A DNA stretch of 64,000 nt from a virus (taxonomy: Duplodnaviria; Heunggongvirae; Uroviricota; Caudoviricetes), in the IMG/VR virus record IMGVR_UViG_3300037067_009442, positions 1 to 64,000 of that record; one strand, written 5' to 3'. A program made the position numbers and the translations under genes. Position 1 is the first letter of the stretch, and every line of letters starts with the position of its first letter. Positions 19,814 to 29,127 of the stretch are shown here, in pieces. A model generated the notes under the pieces. The model saw nothing but the letters and a program-made list of their open reading frames with translations, did no database searches and had not been told where the DNA came from.

Positions 19814-20239
19814 ATGTCAACCAGATGCCAAGCACTTCAGGTATTGGACATCTTCAAGTCTAACCCCAAAGGCATGACTACTGAAGAGGTTTGCCTAACC
19901 ATTGGAGTAGATCACAAGAGCATATCCTCTCGAATATCGGCACTGAAGAGGGCAGGTTTAGTAGAGGAAACACCATTTAGGCGGAGCACTAAAGCAGGGG
20001 GTTCTCAGATAGTGTATGCAGCTATTAAGGACGCCCCTGAAGAGAAGTACCAGGAATACCTGAAGGAGAAGCAGGCGTTCAAGGGAACTAAGGAGCTAAT
20101 AGACATCTGGCAAGAAGATGTACTTCAGGCTGCTAGGATTTATGCGGTACATGGCGGGATAAATGGGCCTAAGTTGTTAGAGGTTGCAGCTAGGTACCCA
20201 CTAAAACAAGGTGGGACTAAGCAAAAGGGATCTGTATAA
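19814..20239 (+). CDS. winged helix-turn-helix protein
   Basis: GMTTEEV...IGVDHKSISSRISALKRAGLVEET. Confidence 0.75.
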   Translation: MSTRCQALQVLDIFKSNPKGMTTEEVCLTIGVDHKSISSRISALKRAGLVEETPFRRSTKAGGSQIVYAAIKDAPEEKYQEYLKEKQAFKGTKELIDIWQEDVLQAARIYAVHGGINGPKLLEVAARYPLKQGGTKQKGSV

Positions 20240-22137
20240 TGACCATTGATAGAAAATACCAAGTACGCTTTTCGGGGATAGCAGTTCCCTTCATACTCAA
20301 CCATCAAGGTAGCATCGGAGGTCCGGCTCAAATGATCCGAGAGTTCACGATGAACGGCATCGAAGCGTGCCTAGCTACCAAGAAAAAGACTGGTATAGTT
20401 CGGTGGAGCGCTATCAACGTGCCAAATTACGGATGGAAGCTGTGCTGTGTTGACACCGGGGTCGGAATGACTCAGGAAGATATGGCTAAGTACCTATTGG
20501 TGCTTGTCACTGAAGGGGAAGGTAAGACTCAAGGCTCTTTTGCAAACTTTGGCATGGGAGCTAGAATGTCTAGTTTGATCTACAACAAGTGTGGGGTACT
20601 GTACGAATCTTGGCGTGATGGTTGTAAGAATGCAGTGATTCTATATGCTGATCCAAAAGATGGCACCTACGGATTCAAGAAGATAAAGGGGGATCACTTC
20701 TTCTACCCTATTAATGAGATGCCGGAAGAAGTCCGTAAGGCTGGCCACGGTACCAGGGTCACGCTACTAGGTATGACTAAAGAGGAGGAAACCAACCGAG
20801 GCTCTTATGAGCGGCCCGCTGCTCTTTGGATCCATTCCTGGTTAAATACTCGATTCCTTTGCTTCCCAAAGGGTATCGAGGTTAGTGCTAACGAATACAA
20901 ATCTGGAGGTAACGAACAACTCAGGACTATTACAGGTCAGCAACCAATGTTGGATGTGTGTTGTGATGACCACGGTATAGTCTCATTAGATGAGACCGAT
21001 GCGGATGCTCTCTGGTGGATCATCCCAAGCATGGACAGCACTGGATCAAAGGGTAGAGGTAAACTGAGCCCTAAGACCGGAACAAAAGCTCACAAGGTGA
21101 TCGGTCATGTGGCTTTTGTCCACAAGAATGAGCTGTATGGCCTACGGGACAGACAGAATGGGGGTAACGCCCGACTACAAGATTGTGGTATTTGGGCTGG
21201 GGAATCAAGGGTAATCATCTATATTCGACCCCGATCCCCTAAGGTTACAACCGACCTAAATCGCCAACAACTATCTCTGAGTGGAGGGTCTTTAGTCTGG
21301 TCTACATTTGCAGAGGAGTTCTCACGTAAACACCCTCCCGAACTGACAAAGTTCATACACTCCCAATCACGGACCAACTGTGAGGCTACTGATCACTCTT
21401 CAGAGCTCCGGCGCTACGTGGGGCTCCTAAATTATGGGGCGTTTTTAGCAGACCCTAATGGTACCTGCTTTGGTAAAGTACCCCCTCAGCCCCCTCAGGG
21501 TTTAGTCCTGGACAAGATCAACCACTCGGGTACATCCTCCTCAAGTGATCCAGATGATGCGTTCAAGCCCAAGGGTAGTAGGAACAAGTTATTAACGGAG
21601 GGTACCTCTGAGGATGGGGTACCCGCTCGTAAGGTAAACGTTCGAGGGGGGCCAATCGTTGTCTGGAAGAAGGCTGTTGACCTAGATGAGTGTAACCGAA
21701 ATCGAGCTGCGGTCTACACCAAGAATACTAACGTCCTTAGTATCAACGAGGACTTTACAGCCTTCTTGGCTATGATTAACCTCGTTAATGTTATGTATGA
21801 CCCCACAGAGTCTCTACGGGTTGGATTGGAGACCTGTGTTAGGGATGTGTGGGCTTACAACCTATCTGAACTAGTTCTGGTATTGACTCAGTTTGATAGA
21901 GAGGTCGATGACTGGTCAGAGACTTATGAGGGGGCAGGGGCAATCACTCCTGAATACCTAACTGTTGGGGTACTAGGATTAAGGGATAAGTTACGGGAAA
22001 TTGAGGCAGCTATTCTGGATAAGTATCAACGAACACCCCCTAAGAAGATTAGTTTGGCTAACCTTCGAAAGTTCAACTCGACCGCTCAAGGTGAACCAGG
22101 GGGTGACACTACACCCCCTGAAAAGGATGTTGATTAG
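20239..22137 (+). CDS. GHKL (MORC/Hsp90-like) ATPase
   Basis: IREFTMNGIEA, DTGVGM, NFGMGAR, GT.V.L motifs. Confidence 0.85.
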   Translation: MTIDRKYQVRFSGIAVPFILNHQGSIGGPAQMIREFTMNGIEACLATKKKTGIVRWSAINVPNYGWKLCCVDTGVGMTQEDMAKYLLVLVTEGEGKTQGSFANFGMGARMSSLIYNKCGVLYESWRDGCKNAVILYADPKDGTYGFKKIKGDHFFYPINEMPEEVRKAGHGTRVTLLGMTKEEETNRGSYERPAALWIHSWLNTRFLCFPKGIEVSANEYKSGGNEQLRTITGQQPMLDVCCDDHGIVSLDETDADALWWIIPSMDSTGSKGRGKLSPKTGTKAHKVIGHVAFVHKNELYGLRDRQNGGNARLQDCGIWAGESRVIIYIRPRSPKVTTDLNRQQLSLSGGSLVWSTFAEEFSRKHPPELTKFIHSQSRTNCEATDHSSELRRYVGLLNYGAFLADPNGTCFGKVPPQPPQGLVLDKINHSGTSSSSDPDDAFKPKGSRNKLLTEGTSEDGVPARKVNVRGGPIVVWKKAVDLDECNRNRAAVYTKNTNVLSINEDFTAFLAMINLVNVMYDPTESLRVGLETCVRDVWAYNLSELVLVLTQFDREVDDWSETYEGAGAITPEYLTVGVLGLRDKLREIEAAILDKYQRTPPKKISLANLRKFNSTAQGEPGGDTTPPEKDVD

Positions 22138-22150
22138 ATAGGTTTCATCG

Positions 22151-22351
22151 ATGACCCACACCGTTCAAGAACTACTCGACAATCCAGAACGGATAGCAAA
22201 TCTCCGTTTGGATCCCGAGCACTGTATTCGGTGTGGGGTTCCTCTTTCAGGTACTCTAACCGAGAGGCACTTCTCACCGAGAGGCGACTTGTGTGACGGA
22301 AAGTACCTGGCTTACTTGCAACTAGGGAAGAGTCCAGCAAGCACCCGTTGA
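22151..22351 (+). CDS. small Zn-ribbon-like protein
   Basis: CIRCG...LCD. Confidence 0.55.
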   Translation: MTHTVQELLDNPERIANLRLDPEHCIRCGVPLSGTLTERHFSPRGDLCDGKYLAYLQLGKSPASTR

Positions 22352-22917
22352 CGTCTATGTTCTACCTTATCCCGCCAACAGAAAGAGAACCTCAATGGAG
22401 GATCCGATCAGTAGCTCCTATCTCCAAGGAGAGGGTAAGACCAGATCGGATTCAAACCGTCAAGCTTACAGAAGACTTGGCTCTGGTTTTTGCTGAGGCA
22501 GGGGTGCCCAGTGTCTTTGAGAAACCTATCGAACTAGGGGCCTCAGAAGAGGCGTTGGTGCGAGCTAAGGCTTACTTTGAGGCTCACTCAATCCGCCTAC
22601 CAAATAAGCTGAAGAAGGCCTTAGAGTTTGAGTTAAGTCTGTTCGACAAGTACTCTCTGCAAAGGCTACCAAAGGTGTTTCATGATTGTCGGCGAGCAGC
22701 GGCAGTAGCCAAAGAGGCTCAGCTACGCTATGAAACCTTACATGAGGAGGTTCTCAGTTGGGCTATAGTGGAGCTGAACCTACCAGACAATATTGATCTA
22801 GTAGAGGGTCCTCACGACTGTGCTAAAAGTCCGATTCGACGATGCCTCTACGACAACGAGAAGGACTCCATGCATGATCAATGTCTCGTCTGTGGGGAGC
22901 CTGAAGAGCGTAAGTAA
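22348..22917 (+). CDS. hypothetical protein with C-terminal Cys cluster
   Basis: C..SP...CLY...CLVCGEPEERK. Confidence 0.7.
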   Translation: MTSMFYLIPPTEREPQWRIRSVAPISKERVRPDRIQTVKLTEDLALVFAEAGVPSVFEKPIELGASEEALVRAKAYFEAHSIRLPNKLKKALEFELSLFDKYSLQRLPKVFHDCRRAAAVAKEAQLRYETLHEEVLSWAIVELNLPDNIDLVEGPHDCAKSPIRRCLYDNEKDSMHDQCLVCGEPEERK

Positions 22918-22921
22918 GGCT

Positions 22922-23404
22922 CTACTGGTCAAGCTCGCTCAAGTCCCTTAGTTGGGAGAGATTCTTGTTCTTGTAGCGAGGGTCGTAAGTCACTTCCATG
23001 GATCCCGCCGCCCAAGGGGGCGCTTGAAAGGCATCAGCCTCTTCCATAGTGGAGAACTCGCACTCAAAGGTCAGCAGCCCATCGAGCGCATCAAGGTAAG
23101 TATCTACGTCGAGTAGATACTTACCATAGGGTACCCTAACCCGAATCTTCCGTAGAGAATATTGAACCTTCGACCATAGGAGATCAAATACCCACTCGGG
23201 AATCTCATTACCCCATTCGTCTCGTTCGATATCACCCTCACCCTTCACTGTCTGGGAGTAGGTAGAGCAACCGGACTCATCTTCCTTTCGTAGGCGGAAC
23301 TCCACCCCATCCGAGAAGAGATACCCTTGCTCAATGATCGATGAGTGTCCTGAGATCTCCTCAGGCATGAATCGTAGGCGGAACTTCCTCTCGATTTCAG
23401 TCAC
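22922..23404 (-). CDS. CYTH-domain (triphosphate tunnel) protein
   Basis: EIERKF, QGYL, RLR, K.R, ECEF, EVT...Y.N..L. Confidence 0.9.
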   Translation of the reverse strand: MTEIERKFRLRFMPEEISGHSSIIEQGYLFSDGVEFRLRKEDESGCSTYSQTVKGEGDIERDEWGNEIPEWVFDLLWSKVQYSLRKIRVRVPYGKYLLDVDTYLDALDGLLTFECEFSTMEEADAFQAPPWAAGSMEVTYDPRYKNKNLSQLRDLSELDQ

Positions 23405-23709
23405 GAGCCCTCGAAGAACTCACGAGCATTTAGTACCGATATGTCATTCAGTTGAGGGGGTAAGGAGGTAGATGACCTCCCAGAGAGCTCGTAGCCCTCA
23501 ATAATCTCTGCTACGCTGATAACTAGGGCTTCCCCGGATGGGACGGGGATGATCCTAGCCATAGCTTCCTCGGCACATGGCCCCCAACGGAGGTACTGAA
23601 CCCATAGGGGGTGAGTTCCGTCTTGACCCCCTCTTTGCTTCAGGAATACTCCATTGTGCAACCAAACCGGAGGGGTGTAGAAAGCCACGGCCTGCATAGG
23701 AGAAGCCAT
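23401..23709 (-). CDS. hypothetical protein
   Basis: GGTGTA box 9 nt upstream of ATG. Confidence 0.7.
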   Translation of the reverse strand: MASPMQAVAFYTPPVWLHNGVFLKQRGGQDGTHPLWVQYLRWGPCAEEAMARIIPVPSGEALVISVAEIIEGYELSGRSSTSLPPQLNDISVLNAREFFEGS

Positions 23710-23739
23710 GACCCCTTTTACACCAGACTTTAGGCTAAT

Positions 23740-23961
23740 TCAACAACCTTCTTCTCGAGAGGGGTTACTAGGGTCTTTCAAGCCTCGATGAGGCCTCTTT
23801 TTCTTCCACTGACCAAGGATCATCACGGCTTTAGTAATCTCTCCAGACTTCTCTGCGTGAAGAGCTTCAGTAGGAAGGATGTAGCACTCATGGGCAATGG
23901 GCTTACCATCTGAAAGGCGATGAGGTTTGTTGCAGTAGGTAGTGCAGTACATATCACTCAT
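23740..23961 (-). CDS. small Cys/His protein
   Basis: C...C..PH...HEC. Confidence 0.6.
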   Translation of the reverse strand: MSDMYCTTYCNKPHRLSDGKPIAHECYILPTEALHAEKSGEITKAVMILGQWKKKRPHRGLKDPSNPSREEGC

Positions 23962-24072
23962 AGTGTACTTGGTAGGGTATCAGATCTAACTCATAGGTAT
24001 CAAGGATCTTATTTAGTCTTTAGGGGATACTCAAGACTAAATAGAGGGGACAGTCATAGTGGAATTTATTGA

Positions 24073-24101
24073 TTGACTCCCTCAGAAGGCCGGAGTAGAA
24101 T
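24073..24101 (+). promoter_or_regulatory. sigma70-like promoter TTGACT-17-TAGAAT
   Basis: Near-consensus hexamers, AT-rich upstream. Confidence 0.7.
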
Positions 24102-24107
24102 ACTACC

Positions 24108-24198
24108 TTCGGTGTCGCTCTTCGCTCTGGTGTGGCCTTTGGTGTGACATGGTCTGGCACAACGGCCCTCGGCTTTCATTCCGAGGGCCGTTCCTATT
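24108..24198 (+). ncRNA. candidate ~90-nt small RNA
   Basis: Promoter, no credible ORF, ends in perfect 12-bp hairpin 24161-24192. Confidence 0.5.
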
Positions 24199-24489
24199 CC
24201 ATATATCCTACTGACACCTACCAAAGTTAGCCTGTACTTCTAAGGGACTGAGGTATTCCACCTATCCGGTGTCCCTATTAGATGGAGGCTTCATGGGCAT
24301 TACCTTTTCACCTGATTGCGGGCAAGACTTCGAACCTGAAGTGGAAGATACCGAGCGAAAAAAGGATCGAGTAAGGAGCCCAAGAGGTCCAGGTAGACCT
24401 AAGAAGTCAGGGACGAGTGTAACCCCCGAGTTGAAGTCCGGTGTTCGATCCAATAGGATCCCTCGGTTCGAGGACTTCGAAAGAGAAGG

Positions 24490-24729
24490 CTAAGTTTGGT
24501 CTAGGTGTACAGTTGGGCTATAGGAACCGTCTGGGTTGACCGTCCACATGGTTCCTAGCTTCGAGATATGTGCATCTGCGTGACCACGCTGGAGCGTACA
24601 CATTTCCATGTAGTGGACTTCCATGCACCTCAGGTGATGCTTGCAGCACTTTAAGCAGAACCCAGTGTAACCTAGTTCAGGGTCGTACTCATCGCGGCAG
24701 GTAACTTCAGGGTGCTCGGGACAGATCAT
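24490..24729 (-). CDS. small Cys/His-rich protein
   Basis: MICPEHPE start; GGTGTA box upstream. Confidence 0.7.
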   Translation of the reverse strand: MICPEHPEVTCRDEYDPELGYTGFCLKCCKHHLRCMEVHYMEMCTLQRGHADAHISKLGTMWTVNPDGSYSPTVHLDQT

Positions 24730-25010
24730 CCTTCGAGTACACCAGCAGTCGTTTGTTGGCCATTATCGCCCTTGATTTCTCGATTAGACTTATCATCGAG
24801 TGAGCGGAGAAAGGAATTTGCCGCGTTGAATTGTTGTGATATGCTAATAGTGCGCACAATAGATACGGTCCCCTCAACCAAAAACTCTACGGGCTCCGCC
24901 TTATCCCAGATCGCATCCCGCAACTCCCTCATGATTTTGATGGCGGTGTCACGCTCAAGTTGCAGGTTGGTTTCAGGGTGCTCGGGACAGATCATCCTTC
25001 GAAGTACACC
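24706..25010. repeat. direct repeat of promoter box plus first 8 codons (24706-24743 and 24972-25010)
   Basis: ttcagggtgctcgggacagatcatccttcga identical (31 nt), then gtacacc after a 1-nt indel. Confidence 0.9.
24726..24995 (-). CDS. hypothetical protein sharing MICPEHPE start
   Basis: GGTGTA box 9 nt upstream. Confidence 0.55.
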   Translation of the reverse strand: MICPEHPETNLQLERDTAIKIMRELRDAIWDKAEPVEFLVEGTVSIVRTISISQQFNAANSFLRSLDDKSNREIKGDNGQQTTAGVLEG

Positions 25011-25016
25011 GGTGTA
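25005..25016. promoter_or_regulatory. back-to-back GGTGTA boxes (TACACCGGTGTA palindrome)
   Basis: ATG 9 nt away on each side (24995 -, 25026 +). Confidence 0.75.
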
Positions 25017-25025
25017 GAGGGGTGC

Positions 25026-25298
25026 ATGCCTGAGCTAAATCCAACCCAAGAGCTTTACCTTAGACTCCAAAACCTAATGGCTGAAGCTGAGATCCTCTTC
25101 CCCACCCTCACTGATGAAGCTGCTCTACGGAGGGCTAAGGCAGCACTCGTAGGTAAAGAAGGGACTTACACTGAGCTCCTGAGGCAGCTGGGCCCCCTGC
25201 CTTGGAGGGAACGAGCGGAGGCTGGTCGCCGCCTCAATGAGGGATACCAAAGGATTGAGGAAATCTTCAACACTAAATTGGCTGAGTTAACCGGATGA
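25026..25298 (+). CDS. stand-alone PheRS alpha-subunit N-terminal coiled-coil-like protein
   Basis: L......LVGKEG..TELLRQLG.LP..ER..AG..LNE matches the PheS N-terminal arm pattern. Confidence 0.75.
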   Translation: MPELNPTQELYLRLQNLMAEAEILFPTLTDEAALRRAKAALVGKEGTYTELLRQLGPLPWRERAEAGRRLNEGYQRIEEIFNTKLAELTG

Positions 25299-25639
25299 CC
25301 AGTAGAGTCACATTCAAGGCACTCCTAACCACGGATCCAGAAGAGATGGGGGAGGGAAGGCGTAAGCCTCTCGACCGTGAGCTCCTTTCCCAACGAGTGG
25401 ACGTGAATGGGACTGCTCGTTGGGTATTGAAGAGACTCAGCGACCGAAAGTTCAAGCTGAGTGGCCAGCCTCATCGAGTTGTCATTCAGGAGTGCCCTAT
25501 CGGCCGGTTTTGGTCCTACTCTGAGCTAGCCAGGTTCGTTCGGGATCTAGGTTTATCCAGAAAGAAGTTGAGATCTGTGGTCCCTGTGCGTAGTATAGGG
25601 CATGAAACGTTCACCTTGGGGTCCAATCCACCAGAGTAA
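25295..25639 (+). CDS. basic hypothetical protein
   Basis: ATGA coupling. Confidence 0.6.
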   Translation: MTSRVTFKALLTTDPEEMGEGRRKPLDRELLSQRVDVNGTARWVLKRLSDRKFKLSGQPHRVVIQECPIGRFWSYSELARFVRDLGLSRKKLRSVVPVRSIGHETFTLGSNPPE

Positions 25640-26156
25640 GGTACTAGCCGAAGGTGTGACTAAGGTCACTACGGCCACTCATGGTGGGATCAAGTTAGCA
25701 AGGCAGGTTAACTCTAAGATCCCTGAGGTGTTACGCCGTTCTAACGGTTGGTACGAGGAAGACATCGAGTGGGCCATACCAGCCCTATTCCTCCCCGAGG
25801 CTTTCCCGGGTCAGGAGGCGGATGCCCTGCGGGTCGTCAAAAGCCATTGGCCAGATCAGTACTCCTTCTGGTCAGGGGTAGAGGTCCCCCTCGAAGAGAG
25901 TAGGGTCCTTCAGAAGCGTAAGTTTGAGAGAGACAATCTCTACAACTACGTGACAAAGACTACCTGGGGATACTGGCACCCCAATGTCCCTCAAGGCCAT
26001 GTAGGTGTTCTCGCTGTCCAGGAAGTGACAGCAGATGAGCGGTACTTCCTAGTCCCTATGTCGGAATATGACTGCCAACCTACTCCCTTTGGTTTTGTGG
26101 TCAATCCCGAGAAGCATCAGCCTTGGATCGGGCCTGATTCTCAGGTAGTTGGTTGA
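25602..26156 (+). CDS. hypothetical protein (SPWG...HGG...WYEED family)
   Basis: Class A promoter at 25567; conserved-looking motifs. Confidence 0.75.
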   Translation: MKRSPWGPIHQSKVLAEGVTKVTTATHGGIKLARQVNSKIPEVLRRSNGWYEEDIEWAIPALFLPEAFPGQEADALRVVKSHWPDQYSFWSGVEVPLEESRVLQKRKFERDNLYNYVTKTTWGYWHPNVPQGHVGVLAVQEVTADERYFLVPMSEYDCQPTPFGFVVNPEKHQPWIGPDSQVVG

Positions 26157-26184
26157 GATCCACTTACTAGAAAGTCAGACTGTA

Positions 26185-26499
26185 ATGCCCATTCCAATCT
26201 ACCAAGAAGAAGACGATGTTGATCTCCCTCAAGAGAGGTGCTGTATCTGCCGGGAAACTACCTCTTGGTGGTCTTCCTTACCCGACCGGAAACCCGGTGA
26301 GCAGGTAGCGATTTGCCCTCATTGTGCGTCTAGGTGCGAACCCACTGAGGTCCCTACCAAGAAGGAGTGGTGCCGACGTGAGGACATAGCAAAACACCCT
26401 ACTATCAAGGACATAGCTTTGGGGCTTGACAAAAACTACCCTCCGGCTCCTGTGGTACCTCCCAAGAAGTCCACCAAGAAAACCACCAAGAAAAGTTGA
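26185..26499 (+). CDS. Zn-finger-like hypothetical protein
   Basis: CCIC...CPHC; start MPIP after class A-like site at 26152. Confidence 0.65.
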   Translation: MPIPIYQEEDDVDLPQERCCICRETTSWWSSLPDRKPGEQVAICPHCASRCEPTEVPTKKEWCRREDIAKHPTIKDIALGLDKNYPPAPVVPPKKSTKKTTKKS

Positions 26500-26529
26500 G
26501 ATCCTAGCCCCTCATACGTAGGATAGATC

Positions 26530-27069
26530 ATGGCAACTAAGAAGTTCACTTGGAGAAATGAGCCCAATCAGTCCGGGCGTATGCGGATGATGCAGTCACC
26601 TCGGGGTGCTGACCTGAAGGTTGGCGGTCAAGAAGTGGCTACTGTACGGTCGACCCAACCCTCAATCCACCCAAGTTCCCGTAACCTCAGGGTAACCGAT
26701 TGGTACTGGTCCATGGAACTAGGAAACCCCCTAGGGATTGTATTGAGTCACGGGAGTGGATTCCCTGACAAGGAATCGGCCCAGGCCGCATGCGAGCTCT
26801 ACATCAAGACCCAGTTGGCTCTCCCTCCCACTGAGAGTTACACTGTTGAGGCAACCTTCACTATTACAGCCAAGGTTGTGCTTGGGTCTATGAAGGGCTT
26901 GAAGGATGCGGAGGCTTACTTCAAGATGATCAGCGACCAGAGCTCCAATGCTGTAAACCTCTTGGTAGCAGCTCAGCAGAAGGTTGACGGCTCGGCTCTC
27001 ACTGGTGACTCCAAGGTTGTAGTTCATAGCGTTACTCCACGGTACGAAGGATCAGATCATGGCAACTAG
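26530..27069 (+). CDS. hypothetical protein (SPRG/W.W domain family)
   Basis: Class A promoter at 26495; domain shared with 27297 and 27935 ORFs. Confidence 0.75.
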   Translation: MATKKFTWRNEPNQSGRMRMMQSPRGADLKVGGQEVATVRSTQPSIHPSSRNLRVTDWYWSMELGNPLGIVLSHGSGFPDKESAQAACELYIKTQLALPPTESYTVEATFTITAKVVLGSMKGLKDAEAYFKMISDQSSNAVNLLVAAQQKVDGSALTGDSKVVVHSVTPRYEGSDHGN

Positions 27070-27286
27070 ACAACTACCTATCATCTGCGGTGATACCACT
27101 TGCTTCGACTTTGATGTCCAAGTAATGTGCCGGTTCGCCTCAGCTACTCACATGGGTACCCGACCCGTCTGCGGCTTGTACCGGGTAACCAAGGGGATGG
27201 ATCAGGGTGATCATCAACCCCTTAAGGAAGATCCTGTTCGACACATCCTGCTCCGGTGCGATCAATGCCTAGTGGAGCTTAAGTAA
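27059..27286 (+). CDS. small Cys-rich protein
   Basis: Six Cys; coupled ORF. Confidence 0.6.
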   Translation: MATRQLPIICGDTTCFDFDVQVMCRFASATHMGTRPVCGLYRVTKGMDQGDHQPLKEDPVRHILLRCDQCLVELK

Positions 27287-27296
27287 GCTCGTAGTC

Positions 27297-27938
27297 ATGC
27301 GAACCTTGAATGAAACAGAAGATGATACCTATCTTCGCCGGCTCGAACGAACTCGAGTCCGGAGGGAGACTAGGAGAGCTGCACTCAAGCGGCGTCTTCT
27401 GGAGCTCTACCCTAGCTTTCCGGGTGACCCTGACGAACTGATCCTCCAGGTTACCAAGAAGAAGAGGCGAGTAGGAAACTCAGTCAAGGACTTAGATGCT
27501 GCTCTGTTTCTCTCCTTGACTTCATGGGTCCGTCACCGCTATACGAACTACGATCAACTACTGAAGGATGGTACAGGACATGCTACTTCTAGAGGGATTG
27601 TACTTGAGCAGATGAAGGTAATCCTCAAGAGTTGGCGAATGTACCCCACTGAAGCTCAACCAAAATCGATGCTAAACGTGAATCTCATTTGGGAGGATGA
27701 TGGTAGTCTTCTGGTCAATGGACACCCGATCGCGGTAGTTCACAAATGGGCATTAGATCAAGGTTGGCACTGGGTAGCTTGGATGGAGCCGGAGGATGGA
27801 TTTCCGTGGGGAGTCCCTTACAAGGAGACCAAAGACCAGCCTGCGGAGAAGTTTGATGAGGCTCAACTTCAGTGCGAAGCTTATGTCAAATCCCAACTAG
27901 AATCTCTTGGAGTGCAAGTCCAAGGAGCGTTGCTATGA
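27297..27938 (+). CDS. DUF2293-like domain fused to W.W domain
   Basis: WVRH.YT.YD.LL..G...R..V......L..WR. Confidence 0.65.
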   Translation: MRTLNETEDDTYLRRLERTRVRRETRRAALKRRLLELYPSFPGDPDELILQVTKKKRRVGNSVKDLDAALFLSLTSWVRHRYTNYDQLLKDGTGHATSRGIVLEQMKVILKSWRMYPTEAQPKSMLNVNLIWEDDGSLLVNGHPIAVVHKWALDQGWHWVAWMEPEDGFPWGVPYKETKDQPAEKFDEAQLQCEAYVKSQLESLGVQVQGALL

Positions 27939-28432
27939 GACTTGACCGCAAGAATGTTAGGCACGCGAAGAAGTCGGAAACCCGCACCTTCTGTGGGAAA
28001 CTTCTTACTGAGGCTTACTGCATGGAGGTAGCTGACATCCATGCGGAGGACTTGTGTGTTGGATGTCGGAGAAGCATGAAGAGCCCCACTCGAATCAAGC
28101 TTCTCTTAGTGTGGAGACCTGAGAAGCATGAGACAGGTCTCGGTAGAGTGATTGAGTCCCCTCGAGGGTTAGACCTCTATGTCAACAAGACTCATGTGGC
28201 TAGTGTACATGCAAATCGAGTTGAGGGTAGGCAGTACAAGGGTTGGTTTTGGTACGCTCGATTGGACCCAACCGAGGAGTACCCTCTTACTGTCAAACTC
28301 AAGAACACCAGCAATCATCCAGTGGACAGCATTGAGGAGGCGAAGAAGGCTTGCAGGTTCTACGTCACCGCAGAGCTTAATCGTTCGAGAGACGAGTACG
28401 AGAAGAACCTCGAAGCAAGTAAGGCCCCATGA
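27935..28432 (+). CDS. hypothetical protein (SPRG/W.W domain family)
   Basis: ATGA overlap start; ESPRGLDL...WFW...EEAKKAC..YV. Confidence 0.7.
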   Translation: MRLDRKNVRHAKKSETRTFCGKLLTEAYCMEVADIHAEDLCVGCRRSMKSPTRIKLLLVWRPEKHETGLGRVIESPRGLDLYVNKTHVASVHANRVEGRQYKGWFWYARLDPTEEYPLTVKLKNTSNHPVDSIEEAKKACRFYVTAELNRSRDEYEKNLEASKAP

Positions 28433-28821
28433 CAGATCCCGAAGAGAAAAAAGAGAATGTAACTACCCCGGAGCACTTTGAGCTATTCAAAACAGAGTGC
28501 TTGCGGCTGTGGAAGCTATGGAAGATCTCTGGTTGGCGTCTAGAGTTCCGACATGAGGGTATTGAAGGTCAACCTCAAGGGATGGCGGGTGCTGAATCTG
28601 ATCCAACTCAGCACCGTACTCGAATCTTCTTGTCTACAGTCTGGCCTGACCATACCCCAGTAACTGACGACGAGATCCTCATCACCGCACGTCACGAGGC
28701 CATTCACGGACTACTCGGGCCTCTCTCCACGTTGGCTCAATCTCGGTTCCTAACTGATAGCGAACTGTGTGCAGCGGAGCACGAAGTACTCAACGTACTG
28801 GATGGGGTCCTTCCAAAGTAA
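28429..28821 (+). CDS. putative HExxH metallopeptidase-like protein
   Basis: RHEAIHGLL plus downstream Glu. Confidence 0.55.
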   Translation: MTDPEEKKENVTTPEHFELFKTECLRLWKLWKISGWRLEFRHEGIEGQPQGMAGAESDPTQHRTRIFLSTVWPDHTPVTDDEILITARHEAIHGLLGPLSTLAQSRFLTDSELCAAEHEVLNVLDGVLPK

Positions 28822-28831
28822 ATCACCTAAC

Positions 28832-29110
28832 CTAGAAGGTTAGGTGCCACCGAACCTCAAGGTCAATCATCATTTCTTCCCGTGACACCCCATGACCCTC
28901 ACAGTCCTTACAGGCTGGGGGGCTTTCTGGGCTCCCATCAGGATCATACCTTAGCTCGTAGTCATCAGCGAAGGGAGTAGGCTCCTGCCCGGATCCACCA
29001 CACCGTGGGCAATCCCGATTTAGAGCAGTCACGTCTACAATAGGAGCTGTAGTTGGAGGTAGCCTCACCGGACGTACGAGAGTCCAGTACTCTTCAACTT
29101 CGTCGGGCAT
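28832..29110 (-). CDS. DnaJ-type zinc-finger protein with N-terminal DEVEEYW tag
   Basis: CPRCGGSG...CKDCEGHG; MPDEVEEYWTLVRP. Confidence 0.75.
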   Translation of the reverse strand: MPDEVEEYWTLVRPVRLPPTTAPIVDVTALNRDCPRCGGSGQEPTPFADDYELRYDPDGSPESPPACKDCEGHGVSREEMMIDLEVRWHLTF

Positions 29111-29127
29111 TGACTAACCTTACCTGA

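Noticed and set aside
24269-24493. ORF ending IPRFEDFEREG as a tag carrier
   Set aside because: Motif degenerate and ORF itself doubtful
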